Under the pieces are notes generated by a model that ran no database searches, was not told where the DNA came from, and was given only the letters and a program-made list of their open reading frames with translations. A stretch of DNA of 37,648 nt from Blastocystis sp. subtype 4 (lineage: Eukaryota), in contig NW_014569471.1 of the NCBI RefSeq assembly GCF_000743755.1, forward strand, positions 1 through 37,648, given 5' to 3'. A program made the translations under genes and the position numbers. This document shows, in pieces, positions 25,709 to 36,474 of this stretch. Positions within the stretch are counted from its first letter, which is position 1. Every line of letters begins with the position of its first letter.

Positions 25709-27016
25709 ATGATTTCATGTGTTTCTTCTCGAGTTAGCCGTTCCATCTGTGCCATTCGTTTGTTTTCCGTGTTCTCCTCTGTAGTAGATCGTCTGTTGTA
25801 TCATTATAGATACCTAAACCATTTCTTTGGCCTGAAGATGAAGAACGAAATCAATGGATGACTCCTTCATTGACGTCACAAACAGCATTTACCGAGAATG
25901 GTGAAGTAGTTTTTATTGTCATACGCTCTAACATTAGCCACTCCAATTTATAGCAGTGAGAGAAGCCCAGAGAAGAGTAATGTCGAATACTGGTCTATCA
26001 AGTGTGGATGAATCTTTTCAAGAGCAAATTATGTCATTACTAGTGGGTTCAAAGGGAAAGGAGTATCACAATCGGGTCGCTCTTCAGTGTACTCCTTCCT
26101 CCTTTGCCACCTATAAGCTAATTGCTGACTTTCTGCACTTTACCATGCTCTGTCCTCAAGTGTTTCTTCCCTTTGTTGGTAATCCCATCGAACATGTGGT
26201 TCGACATTCTGGTCATCGAGGAAGTGAATACCGTATGATGAATTACCGTACAGGAAATTGGAACATTGGTGGAACAATGGAAGATCTGCTGCTGGCAGGA
26301 AAAGGATCTTGTTTCTTGGTTCCTTTCAATGGGACTTATCCAAATTCTGTCTCTTTGTCTCCAAATGAATGGAAACACATCAGTGAGGTTTGCCATGACC
26401 GGAATCATCTTTTATGGCTGGATATCAACAATTTCGGCTTATGTAATTCTATTGACTATGACCAAGAGTGCTTGCAAACGATTCTAGCAAGTGGAGTGTC
26501 ATGTATCATGAGTATTGGGCTGAGGCGCAGTTTTGGGCTCTATATGCAAGATCTGGGATGTGTAGTGACAATTGGGGACAATAAAGAAAACATTGGCTTG
26601 TCATTACGACGATGTGCTTCTGAATTGTGGTATTCAGAACCAGTCCTTGTGAAATGCATTATAAATGAAGTATTGAGTGATTCCAACTTGCGGTCAGAAT
26701 GGTAGGGAAGAAATAGAACACTGATAACTAGGGAGAAGGAATGTACTCGATTCTGTAAACGTATTGAAAGTATTCGTTCGACTCTAAGAGAGGCGATTGC
26801 TAAGCTAGAATGTCCATCCTATGCATATGAGTTCCTTCAGAATCAGAAAGGGCCGTTTTCCCGAATCACGGTATATCGAGGTGTTAATGAGGCATTGAAA
26901 CAACACTTGGGAAGATATGGAGTGTTAAATGTATCAAGTGGGGCTAGGAAGTGGATGTGATTGTAGGTATTAATGACAAGAATCTTTCAACCGTTATCAA
27001 CATGATGAAGGACTGA
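25709..27016 (+). CDS. Aspartate aminotransferase homologue, degenerate, with putative mitochondrial/MRO targeting peptide
   Basis: AAT fold landmarks: VREAQRRV, RVALQCT, EWKHISEV, SFGLY, EVLSDSNLRSEW, RIESIRSTLRE, QKGPFS, GINDKNL. The N-terminus MISCVSSRVSRSICAIRLFS is Ser/Arg-rich and lacks acidic residues. Confidence 0.8.
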
Positions 27017-27018
27017 AG

Positions 27019-27026
27019 TGTTTGTT
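27019..27026 (+). terminator. TGTTTGTT polyadenylation element (AAT-like gene)
   Basis: Sequence reads GAC TGA AG TGTTTGTT. Confidence 0.85.
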
Positions 27027-27040
27027 GAACGAAACAGAAA

Positions 27041-27756
27041 AATGATAATCCACAATCTGATCTAGCGTGAAATAGAGCAAGTAAGAACCCAATAACAGCT
27101 TCTACGCATTATCCGAACATTTCAAATTCACAGTTAACCTTGTTGGAGGAAGAGCCCATTGAATGGACTGTGAGATGTAATATTGGATAGCTTCATTACG
27201 ATAGTAAACGAACTACAGTAAATAGAATATACAAATAGGGACGAAAAAGATAAGGATGAGACTAAAGCGAAGTTTTCGAACATAATTGCCAACAAAAAGA
27301 AACCCATAAGCCGTCAAGCCACAAAGAAGTAGCTTCCATGCATAAAAACAGACTGCGCAGATAATAACATTAATCTAAATGAAAAGAAACCTTCAACTCC
27401 TACAAAATCACAAATAAGGAGGAAAAGGAAGAAAATGTATAATGCATTACGAACAACCTTAAATGCATGCTTTCGGCGAATCCTTGAGATCTGATAATTA
27501 CATCCTCATCAACTCAAACTCACCGGAATCGATCCTTTGGAATAATCAGCATCACTATACCATCATTATAAATAACATTTAAAAACTCATAAAGCGCTTT
27601 CTCCTGAAATGACAACGTATGCACACTATCCCAGAATTCCTTTTTACTAAATCTATCTAATCAATAACTCTCAAAGCATACGGTGACTTCTTCAATGAAT
27701 CTAGATATCAGTATCATAATCTCCTTTGTACCGCTCAATTTCTCACTGTCGTTCAT
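27041..27756 (-). CDS. Small multi-pass membrane protein, hypothetical
   Basis: Spliced by eye: MNDSEKLS...RRKHAFKVVRNALYIFFLFLLICDFINVIICAVCFYAWKLLLCGLTAYGFLFLLAIMF. It is absent from the ORF track because the exons are short. The 3' exon structure is unresolved. Confidence 0.5.
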
Positions 27757-27886
27757 TTGTGCCGACTGCTAAAGTGATTGGTGATTTAAGGAAGAAGTGG
27801 CGAGATATCTGATGTCATTTTGCGCCACCTTACCGAATCCCTAAGGCGCTCAAATCATGATTTTGATTGAAACAACAAACAAATCA

Positions 27887-28653
27887 TTATTCCAGTCGTC
27901 GTTTAAGCGACTCTATTTTCTTTTCAAGTTCATTATTCAGTATAGCAAGCAATTTATGAGAATTCGTCTGATAACGAGGAGGAATTGTAGGAATCGAATA
28001 CAAAATACTTCCCTGTGACCGGAGACGTTTTGATCGTTGAATGAGTTCCGCCCGTCGAGATAACACTTCAGATTCCTACTCATCACTCGATAGCAAAAGA
28101 ATTACTCTCTTCACCTTTTTCAATTCTTCAGATACCTTCAGTCGTTCGACTTCTAATAGGGCCCGATTCCGTTTTAACTACACATCACGAAGCCTAAGAA
28201 CACATACAAGCAGCACGTCATTTCTACACTCTTGGATCTCCTTTTTTGTTGTAGCTTCTTCGTGTCTCAGTCGGGTAGAGAGATTCAGAGTTGTTGACTA
28301 CATAAAATGACAACAATACTTATTACATAATCAGAGACATCCCGTTCTACATTATCTAGAAAGGATTGAAAGACACGTTGAGGAATAAGACTCTTTCCGT
28401 TTGCCTTTGCTCGTTCTTCGTTTTCTCTCTCCTTAATGTATTCATTATTTGCCTCTTCAAACAAAATTGAATAGGCGACATCAAGATCAGTATCAATGTG
28501 AGTATCTAAAAATGATAAACAAGATAAAATACCACACTGCCGTTGGTTTGGAGTATTATCAAGATCCTCCCTTGTCAAAACACGAGGATCCGACTTATGT
28601 TCACTTCTCTGAATTTTTGGAGATGTCCCTTTCTCTAATGAGGGATCCTCCAT
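27887..28653 (-). CDS. Coiled-coil hypothetical protein
   Basis: ORF 28285-28653 plus downstream E/K/L-rich exons ending ...KRRLE-TAA (27889-27887). TGTTTGTT on the minus strand at 27881-27874. The start could lie further upstream. Confidence 0.6.
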
Positions 28654-28782
28654 GTTGTTGATGGGTCGATTTGAATGAGAAATCGAATTCTGGAATTGTC
28701 AAGAAATGCCCTCTTTTCATCCCAATAATATGAGGTTCTTTTCTTATCCTAATTCCCGTGATTCTTGAAAGTAATCAAAAAG

Positions 28783-30119
28783 ATGAGGGATTCGCTCACG
28801 GGAGAAGATTCAAAGACTGATACCTCTTCTTTGTAGTTGATTTAAAAAGGATTGTGATAATATAGAGATCCGCAACCTCACTGTATTGAAGAAGAGGATA
28901 TTATGAATGAAAAGCTATCGATTGTCGATGAGGATGAATTAGTATGGATTCCATTTCTTTGATGATGAAGATGGTTACGATTCGACAGTGGTTTACAAAA
29001 TGGTTACTTGTGATATGTGTGGTCCTTTGTATTATATCGGTTTTCGTTTAAATTGTCCTTCTGATTGATGATTAGTTCTTTCTCATTATCCATTCACAAA
29101 ACCAATCTGTAGAGTGTCTTTATTTCCTGTTAGATAGATTTCCTCCGTTTTAGATAAGAATAGGAATGTAGAGACAGCGCTTCAGCGATTAAGTGATATG
29201 TTGAATGAGTCATCTCTGACTCGGTTGTTCAAAAGTTTGTATGATAAGACGATTGTGGATGTCCGAGTGAGGATGGAAGGGATACACAAGCAAGTGGAGG
29301 AGGATCATGAGTCGTTTGTGCGGGATTACACACTTATGACTTCAGATTACAATGCAGTGCAGCGACACATCAAATGGCAGAGGGAACAGATTCAACTCCT
29401 CCAAGAGCAGATTACTGATTTGAAATCAGCCTTGGAGGAAACCAATAATCAGTTGAATTTGATTCGTCACAGGTGAGGTTGGAGAGATGATTTTACTTGA
29501 AGAGTTCGGATCGATGGAACAGATCGAATTGATTATGCCTATGAGAAGAATGGAGGTAGAGTGCTGACAGGAAGAAAGTGGTATTGGTATATAAGAATGA
29601 CTTGTAGATGGACAACAGAACCTCCTTCAGGGGCGTATTTTGCGTGGTCCATTCAGCAGGCAGATCCATCTCTAGCAATCAATGTACACATATTTGATAT
29701 CTCTCAACTAGCCACCTACGGAGAAGGGATATTGCTATCCGATGGACTCTTCAAAAGCAATGTTTACAGTTCGAGTTTTACAGCCTCGGAATCCCGAATA
29801 CTTCAGTATCGATCACATTAGTCAGTATGTGACAGAGGACCGTAGAACGGCTCCAAAGCTTATGGAAATTTGGGTAATGAAAAAGGAGGAATTGAATTGA
29901 AGGGTTATGAGAATGAGAGTTCTCAACCAATTCGTCTCGTTAGCAAGTGTGAATACGATATTCATGGAGAAACTACTCAATTTTGTAAAAGTGAATACAA
30001 AGTGGAAATGCTGGAGAGAATTCATTCTTAGGGAGAAAAACTATTTCAATTATTCCAGCTGGTTATTCAAGATAATTGGGGAGCAAAGTATACATGTTTG
30101 TATCGTTTCAGAGTCCATT
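28783..30119 (+). CDS. SUN-domain (Sad1/UNC-84) nuclear envelope protein; stop probably created by polyadenylation
   Basis: A TM segment (WLLVICVVLCYYIGF) and a coiled coil (29198-29470) precede SUN motifs TAPKLMEIWG, CEYDIHGETTQF and FQLVIQDNWGAKYTCLYRFRVH. These motifs lie in frames not shown by the ORF track. Confidence 0.88.
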
Positions 30120-30123
30120 ATTC

Positions 30124-30131
30124 TGTTTGTT
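30124..30131 (+). terminator. GU-rich polyadenylation element TGTTTGTT (SUN gene)
   Basis: Perfect motif starting 5 nt after the in-frame T at 30119. The same motif follows many genes in this window. Confidence 0.85.
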
Positions 30132-30195
30132 TTAGAATCGCGGGAATAGAATAATAGTTTCATATTGTCATCGGAATCATCTAGTTTGATCTAGA

Positions 30196-32457
30196 ATGTC
30201 AGATTCAGATGACTTTGAAGATGAAGCCCTTGATACAAGTGCTCAGACGGTGAGATTGCAGATGTATGTATTTGATCTTTTAGAATATCCGATTCAATTC
30301 AAATGAGGTCTTTACCCAACCTATCAAACAGGCACCTGTACCTGGTGTGTAGTAGTACGATAACGTGATATGTAGTTCCACAGACACCTCCAAAAGAGGA
30401 TTCAAAATTGAAGGAATTACAAACAAGAAATCTAAGTCCTGAAGTCCTGGTGTTGTGTTGATGTGAGGTATAGATTGTGAAGTATTTGGAAGCTGTGAAG
30501 CAAAATGAGAATGATCGCGAAGCATGGACAAATTTGGCTTCCAGTCTTCGTGATGCCGATATTGAGGGAGCAAGAAGTGTATTTAGGGTGATTCTGGAAT
30601 ACTTCCCTGGAAGTGGACACTTTTTGCGTATGTTCTGTGATGTAGAATCACGAGCACACAATTATGCAGGAGTTGAAGCTGTAAGTACGAAATGAGATTA
30701 TAATATAGCTTCTCCGTGACAACATGATGAAATGTGCCAGTATCGATGTCTTTGTCTATTATTGTCATTATTATGAGAAGAAGTTGTTGTATGGAAAGGC
30801 TGGGATCGAATTGTTGAACGCACGCAAGGAGGTCGAGAAGGTCTATATGTATGCAATCAACACAGTCGGTTTCTTTATTGATTCTGATGTGCTGTTTCGC
30901 GATTATAAATCCTTCTTAGAACATCAACCGCGGAACTCTGAGGATATTACCTACACAAACCAATGTATTGCTGCGTGGCGTTCGTTCTTCCAACATGTAG
31001 TATCCTTACCAATCCGAAGTTGGTCTTCTTTCTATCTCTTATTGCTAGATGTGGATATATTTTGGGAAGATTACAGCAAATTCGAGGCTTCTCAGGTGAC
31101 TACTCCTGACATGTCTGCTGATGAGAAGAAACGTGCCATTATTGCTGCTCTTAGTAGTTCTGTTGAAGCATATAAGCTTGCTTCCACTGTGTAGGAGCAG
31201 TAGTTTTCATCTGATTCACAGGTACAAGAAACGAGAAGAAGTCTGGAAAGACATTGATTTGAAGAGTTTCTCGATTCGCAATATGACAGATTCCGATTTC
31301 GTACAAGTATCTCTCTGGAAGAAAGCGATTGCATTTGAGGCTACCAATCCGATGAAACTCCCATCGGATGTTCTTCACAATCAGATGAATATGATGTATC
31401 GTCGTTGTCTTGCATGTTGTCATTTCTCACCTGATATCTGGCTCAGTTATGCTGAGTACGAGAGTCATTTCAGTTGGGAGACATGTGAATCGATTCTCCA
31501 TGATGCCATTCGAGCAATTCCAAATTGTGTATTTCTTCGATTAGCAATAGCAGATTTCTATGAAAGTCAGAACCGGATCGATGAAGCAAATCATGTCTAT
31601 GAGCAAATGGTTGATATATTGGATGTTCCCGGAGGATGGATCGGATATCAACAGTTTATTCGAAGAAGGAAAGGAATCAAGGAATCACGAGAGATATTCC
31701 GTCGTTCTCGATTGGCCTTACTCAAACCTGATCTATTTATAGCAGCAGGTAGAAACTAAAAGAAATGATTACAATTAGCTCATTTAGAAGCTGATGTGAA
31801 TCATCAATTGAAGTCAGCTCTCAATATTTATCGTTCTGGACTTGCATTCTTCAGCAAGGATGAAACATTTGTACAGAGTTACGTGCAATTCTTACTCGAT
31901 CATCAACAGATCGAGAATGCTCGTCTTCTCCTCGAGAACAGCATTCAGTTAATTGGAATGGAGCGTTGCACAACTCTATGGGAGATGTTACTGAGTCTTC
32001 AGAGTCAATATGATATGCGAGTTACATCATTAAATGAGCTGAAAAAGAGCGAAGAACGATTTGTAAAAGCAAATGACGATAGGAAAATGTTACGAGGGAT
32101 GATGGGAAGGATGAAACGATATATGGCTCAGGGTGTAAGGAATGAGAATGTGGATATGATAGATAGTTTGAACCTCAGTCAAAAGAGGACAAATCACTCG
32201 TGTTACGAAGGAGTTACATCGATCAAGAACTGGAGATGCGATCAAAACGTCAGGCGATGGACATCGGCAAATTGAATATTGCAATAGTTACGGGTACTTC
32301 AGATACCCCTACATGGATGCTTGATATTATGGCGAAGTTGCCTCCAGCTGAAAAGGACCTCGCTCGAGCAACTGTAGTCAATCAGATCATTAGTATCCTT
32401 CCTCAAATCAAGATTCCAAAAGCCAGTATGATCATTGTTAAGAAATGGTGTGTTTGA
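30196..32457 (+). CDS. CSTF3: Cleavage stimulation factor 77 kDa subunit (Suf/Rna14), HAT repeats
   Basis: DREAWTNL..IEGARSVFRVILEYFPGSGHF, LWKKAIAFEATNP, FSPDIWLSYA, YQQFIRRRKGIKESREIF and C-terminal IMAKLPP..VNQIISILPQIKIP. Confidence 0.9.
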
Positions 32458-32466
32458 GAAAACAAA

Positions 32467-33049
32467 CTACTTATTAGCATATTTACCCTTTCCTCGAATA
32501 CCAATAAGCTCCACATCAAATACCAACGTAGCACCTAGAGTTAACACCACATCCAATTCGGCTACCTGCAGGAATCAAGTCTCCAGCACCACGGTTTCCA
32601 TAAGCCAGTCCAGCAGGAATCACAAGACGACGTTTCTCCCTACAATTCATGCTCTACAACGATTCTACCCAACACACATTCCCCAAAGACCCTTTTCCCA
32701 TCCCTTAATCACACGATGTTCTCCAAGAGTCACAGGGAAGATACGACGTCGATCGAGAGAAGAATCGAACTTCTTTCCATTTGTATAGAGATATCCCTAT
32801 CTAATCACTCTTCCATAACACAAACAGTATAGTGAACGCCCAGTTCGTCACCATCAACAGCCATGTCCGAACAATCCTCAGGCATATACTAGAATGAAAG
32901 CAGCAGATTGAGTGTACAAGTGTCTTTACAGTCACGTCATCGTTGAAAGGAAGATTCTCTTTAGGATGTTCTGGAGTTCCCATCTCGAAAATGGCATCTT
33001 CACAAACACAAACGAATGCTAGAATAGCGAAAAGAAAGAGTTTACGCAT
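32467..33049 (-). CDS. FKBP-type peptidyl-prolyl isomerase with signal peptide (FKBP2-like)
   Basis: Signal peptide [68 protein letters not shown] 32469-32467. Confidence 0.92.
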
Positions 33050-33164
33050 TATTCGATTCAATACTAAATACTCTGTTAGAAAAGTGGGGGATCCCAAGTC
33101 ATCCATGTGACTGAATAATCGATTTGTACGAGGATATGATAGTACCTAATGTATAGAATAGCTC

Positions 33165-33694
33165 ATGGATGAAACAACGTCTGTATTACTCGTTTATGGT
33201 GATCAGACAGGTTGGGAACGATTATTGGTAAATGCAGTCATTCGTTCCTGTGATAGCGATTGCTATACAGTCCGAACTATCCTCTTGGATGATTTTCGTT
33301 TTCATCTTCTCGATTCAGTTAGAATATTAATCCTGATAATTTCAGTTTTACCATTTGGAAGACAACTATGTACGCTCTTTTATTCTGGATTCTGATATTT
33401 AGCCTCTTATCCTTCTTTCTTGAACGAATTGGAAAAGGCGGATACCCTCCGTAATGTGTTTCATAACACTCGTTATTGCTTGTACTCTATTGGAAGTGAA
33501 TCATATTCCAGCGGGTTTAGTGCGATGTCTGTAAGTAGATAATTGTTGAAAATGAATCATAGAGATTGGAAAATGCTTTTTCCGTAGTTGGCTGTTCACA
33601 AATCGTCTCTGGGCAGAACATCGACTACTATAGTTCTCCTGAAGCGTCTGTGAAAAATTTGATAGCACTGATTAAAAACGAGGTAAATCGGTAA
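33165..33694 (+). CDS. Stand-alone flavodoxin-like protein
   Basis: VLLVYGDQTGWER (compare ILYGSQTGTAE), ILILIISVLPFG and YCLYSIGSESYSSGF (compare YAVFGLGDSSY..F); TAA 33692-33694. Confidence 0.65.
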
Positions 33695-33799
33695 GAAACA
33701 ATCGACATGAAGTCACTGCCATTGAAACATACATGTTGATACTTCTCTCCAGCAATGGGGTTCTATTTATAATCTCTGTTTGTATAGACATACAACAAC

Positions 33800-35516
33800 C
33801 ACATCATCTCTCCAAAACAAAACCTTAGTAGAGGGAGCTCCTAGAAATCATTCTAATCCACCACAAAAACTCTTGTCGTCATGCTTTGACCGACTTCGTT
33901 CCATCTTTGGAGAATGCATAGGTGATTGCAACTCCTGACTTCGTGAAGAAGGGACCTGATCTGCAGGATCAATTGTAGTTATCACTGCCTCTTCTTCCTC
34001 CTTTTCCTCCTCCTTTTCCTCCTCGTTCAACTCCTCATCATGAGCTGCACTCTGGAATTCCTGCTGCAGATCCATAATTGTCAGAGCTCCAGGGGCAAAA
34101 CAAGGAAGAACGAGCGATGTCAGATTTGAGAATTCAGTATCAAAATCCAATACGCTATCAACCCGCTCTGTTTTCAGTAATCTATGCTCTTTAATTCACA
34201 GAAACCATACTGATTATCTTTCTCAACCCGATTCTCTAGCATGTGATAAATCTCGGCCATTCGGAGCTTCGTCTCCGTAGTCCATTTGGGTTTACCATTG
34301 TTACTCTCAGCCCACTGTTTTATCTGTACATGAATAGCAAAATCCTTACCTACAAAGAGAAGGAATTGTGATCGCTTCCGCTCATATGTAGAATCAATTT
34401 CCAAACTTTCACGACGTCGTTGAAGCAAGCGTAACCGACCTTTGATAGTTTGTGGGTGAAATGGAATAATCTCGGAAAGAGCGAGGACTAGTGCCGTAGG
34501 GCGTGTTTTCTGGCCTTTTGTGGCTTCGATATCGAGCTTCTCAAGTAGATCATCAAACTCAGATGGCATTTGATTTCTTGCATAGGCCTGTGCCAACACC
34601 ACTTCTGCCTTCTCCTACTGATAATAAACCAACACAAAGTATACACGTAACTGGTTGAGTAGGGCAGAGACCTCGCGAGATTGGTTCCATGCAGCAAGTT
34701 GTTGCTTCTGCTTGGGGTTCAATACATACTTCTCACCTTTCTCTACAGCTTATGACATTTCCTTATCCTAACTTCGTTTTGTCGTATCTGTTGAGGTTTC
34801 ATTACTTCTATGGATAACAAGTAATACAAAATCTTACGGAACTTTGCCAGAGTTGGCTTCTTCTGGATTGTAACGCATCACTTGGAAAGGAGGAGGTTCA
34901 GGTATCTACATTCCAGAAACCGAGCGATCAATACGTTGATATATGTTTCTTGATTGTTGAGATTTCCATCATCAATGAAAGGATCATTTAAATCGTATCC
35001 ACCAGCTTCAGCCATTTTCTTCTCTAGATATTATGGAAACAATAAATATCAACCATTTACGACTTTTCTTTCAAGACGACGGATCATGTCAAACCAACCC
35101 ATTCGACGAGTGATATTCTTTTCAACAGCTTCTTTTGCTTCTCGTTCCGCTTGTGCCTAGACATCAGCAAGTGGAATAATGCCAACACGCTGCTGGTCCG
35201 TCATTTCCTCATCCACAGGTCCATCTTCCTCCATTCCATCTTTGTCATTATCATCCTCATCCTCTAATTCTCCCTCATCCTCCACCTCCTCTTCATCATC
35301 TTGAATTTCTTCATCTTCAGACTCATAATCCTTAAAATCAAATATAAAATGATCCGGCTTGAGTTCAAAGGAGTAACGAGTGGCTTGGATGTACTCCTCT
35401 TCAGAATACTCTTCCTCCTCTTCTTCTTCCTCTTCCTCAGCATTTAGGATCTGCGTATGTTCATCAATCACTTTTGCATCACCTTCAGTAGTTATAACAG
35501 CTTCCTCTTCATTCAT
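33800..35516 (-). CDS. Ubinuclein/Hpc2-like HIRA complex subunit (HUN domain), acidic
   Basis: Exon at ~35023-34934 reads EKKMAEAGGYDLNDPFIDD (HUN signature), preceded by FDMIRRLERK. Poly-E/D tracts are present. The 3' end is approximate. Confidence 0.75.
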
Positions 35517-35573
35517 CTGTTACCAATATTCTGATAAGAGTAATATATAAGAAAAACAGGAAAAGATGATGGC

Positions 35574-35581
35574 AACAAACA
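35574..35581 (-). terminator. TGTTTGTT polyadenylation element (membrane protein gene)
   Basis: The minus strand reads CAT CAG T TGGT TGTTTGTT. Confidence 0.8.
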
Positions 35582-35585
35582 ACCA

Positions 35586-36015
35586 ACTGATGGGTTACAA
35601 ATGAAACATAAACGTAGTTATCAGCTGATTCAGCATCATCTAATACAAACAATTCTGTAGGGACAGTGGGAATGATGGAAACGGACATGATAGGGTTCTT
35701 ATAGCTCCTGTTGTGTGCAAAATCGACATGATACACAGATTCGTTTGGCTCAGACTCACCAAGACATGGAACGGTAAGATCATCAGAAACGACTGTAATA
35801 ACATTCTCCGGATTTTCTGGATCTTGACTTTGTTGATGTGTCTTCATCAACTTCGACCACCATCCCGTAGAATATAAAAAAATTGAGATAATCAATAATA
35901 AGAGGACAATTACAGCTATACCAAAATCAATATACAACACAAGATCATCCGAATCAAACTTTAATGATTTGACCAATGTTTTTCTTGCCATTAATGACAT
36001 TTCAGAAGGAACCAT
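35586..36015 (-). CDS. Single-pass membrane hypothetical protein; stop probably created by polyadenylation
   Basis: TM segment FGIAVIVLLLLIISIFLY. The genomic ORF runs into the next gene's ATG. A perfect TGTTTGTT lies at 35581-35574 with an in-frame T at 35586. The start ATG is uncertain. Confidence 0.65.
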
Positions 36016-36474
36016 CAAATATATATGAAGATGGAATGTTCTGTAACAGAAACAGTGTTTCAAAAAGAGACTTCGGATAGAAACGGGAATTCGTTATGAA
36101 TGACGGCTGTGATTATCTAAGAAGTAACAGATGTATCTTGTCTTCATGAATGCGGATTAATTGGCACCATATTGGAAGGGTATCTTAAGAGATGACTATT
36201 AAGAACTAAACGATCTCGATATACCCTGCAGTAATGAATCGGTCTCAGATATTGTATGTGGGTGGTTACGGTCATTTGGAAAGTTACTCTTGGTGAGCTA
36301 GGCTTTTCATGAGATCCTCTAGCATGCAGATACTTTCGTTCAACACAGATGGTTGATAATGAACAAAATAATCACATTACTATACAATCCAATAATTAGA
36401 GAGTAGGTCAATATGGAATAAATGGAAGAATGAAAATCAGAAAGATTTGATGCCTGTGGAATAATCTCATCTGT

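Noticed and set aside
29907..30149. 80 aa ORF MRMRVLNQ... from the ORF track
   Set aside because: Wrong frame. The other frames carry the SUN-domain motifs.
35215..35440. TCC/TCT/TCA triplet repeats as a microsatellite or array
   Set aside because: They encode the poly-Glu/Asp tracts of the ubinuclein-like protein.
1644..35516. Fragmented ORFs as pseudogenes, frameshifts or an alternative genetic code
   Set aside because: The breaks I examined are resolved by ~30 nt GT-AG introns under the standard code.
1644..35516. Functional clustering of chromatin, nuclear and RNA-processing genes
   Set aside because: These categories are common in a compact eukaryotic genome and are interleaved with unrelated genes. 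There is no evidence of co-regulation.
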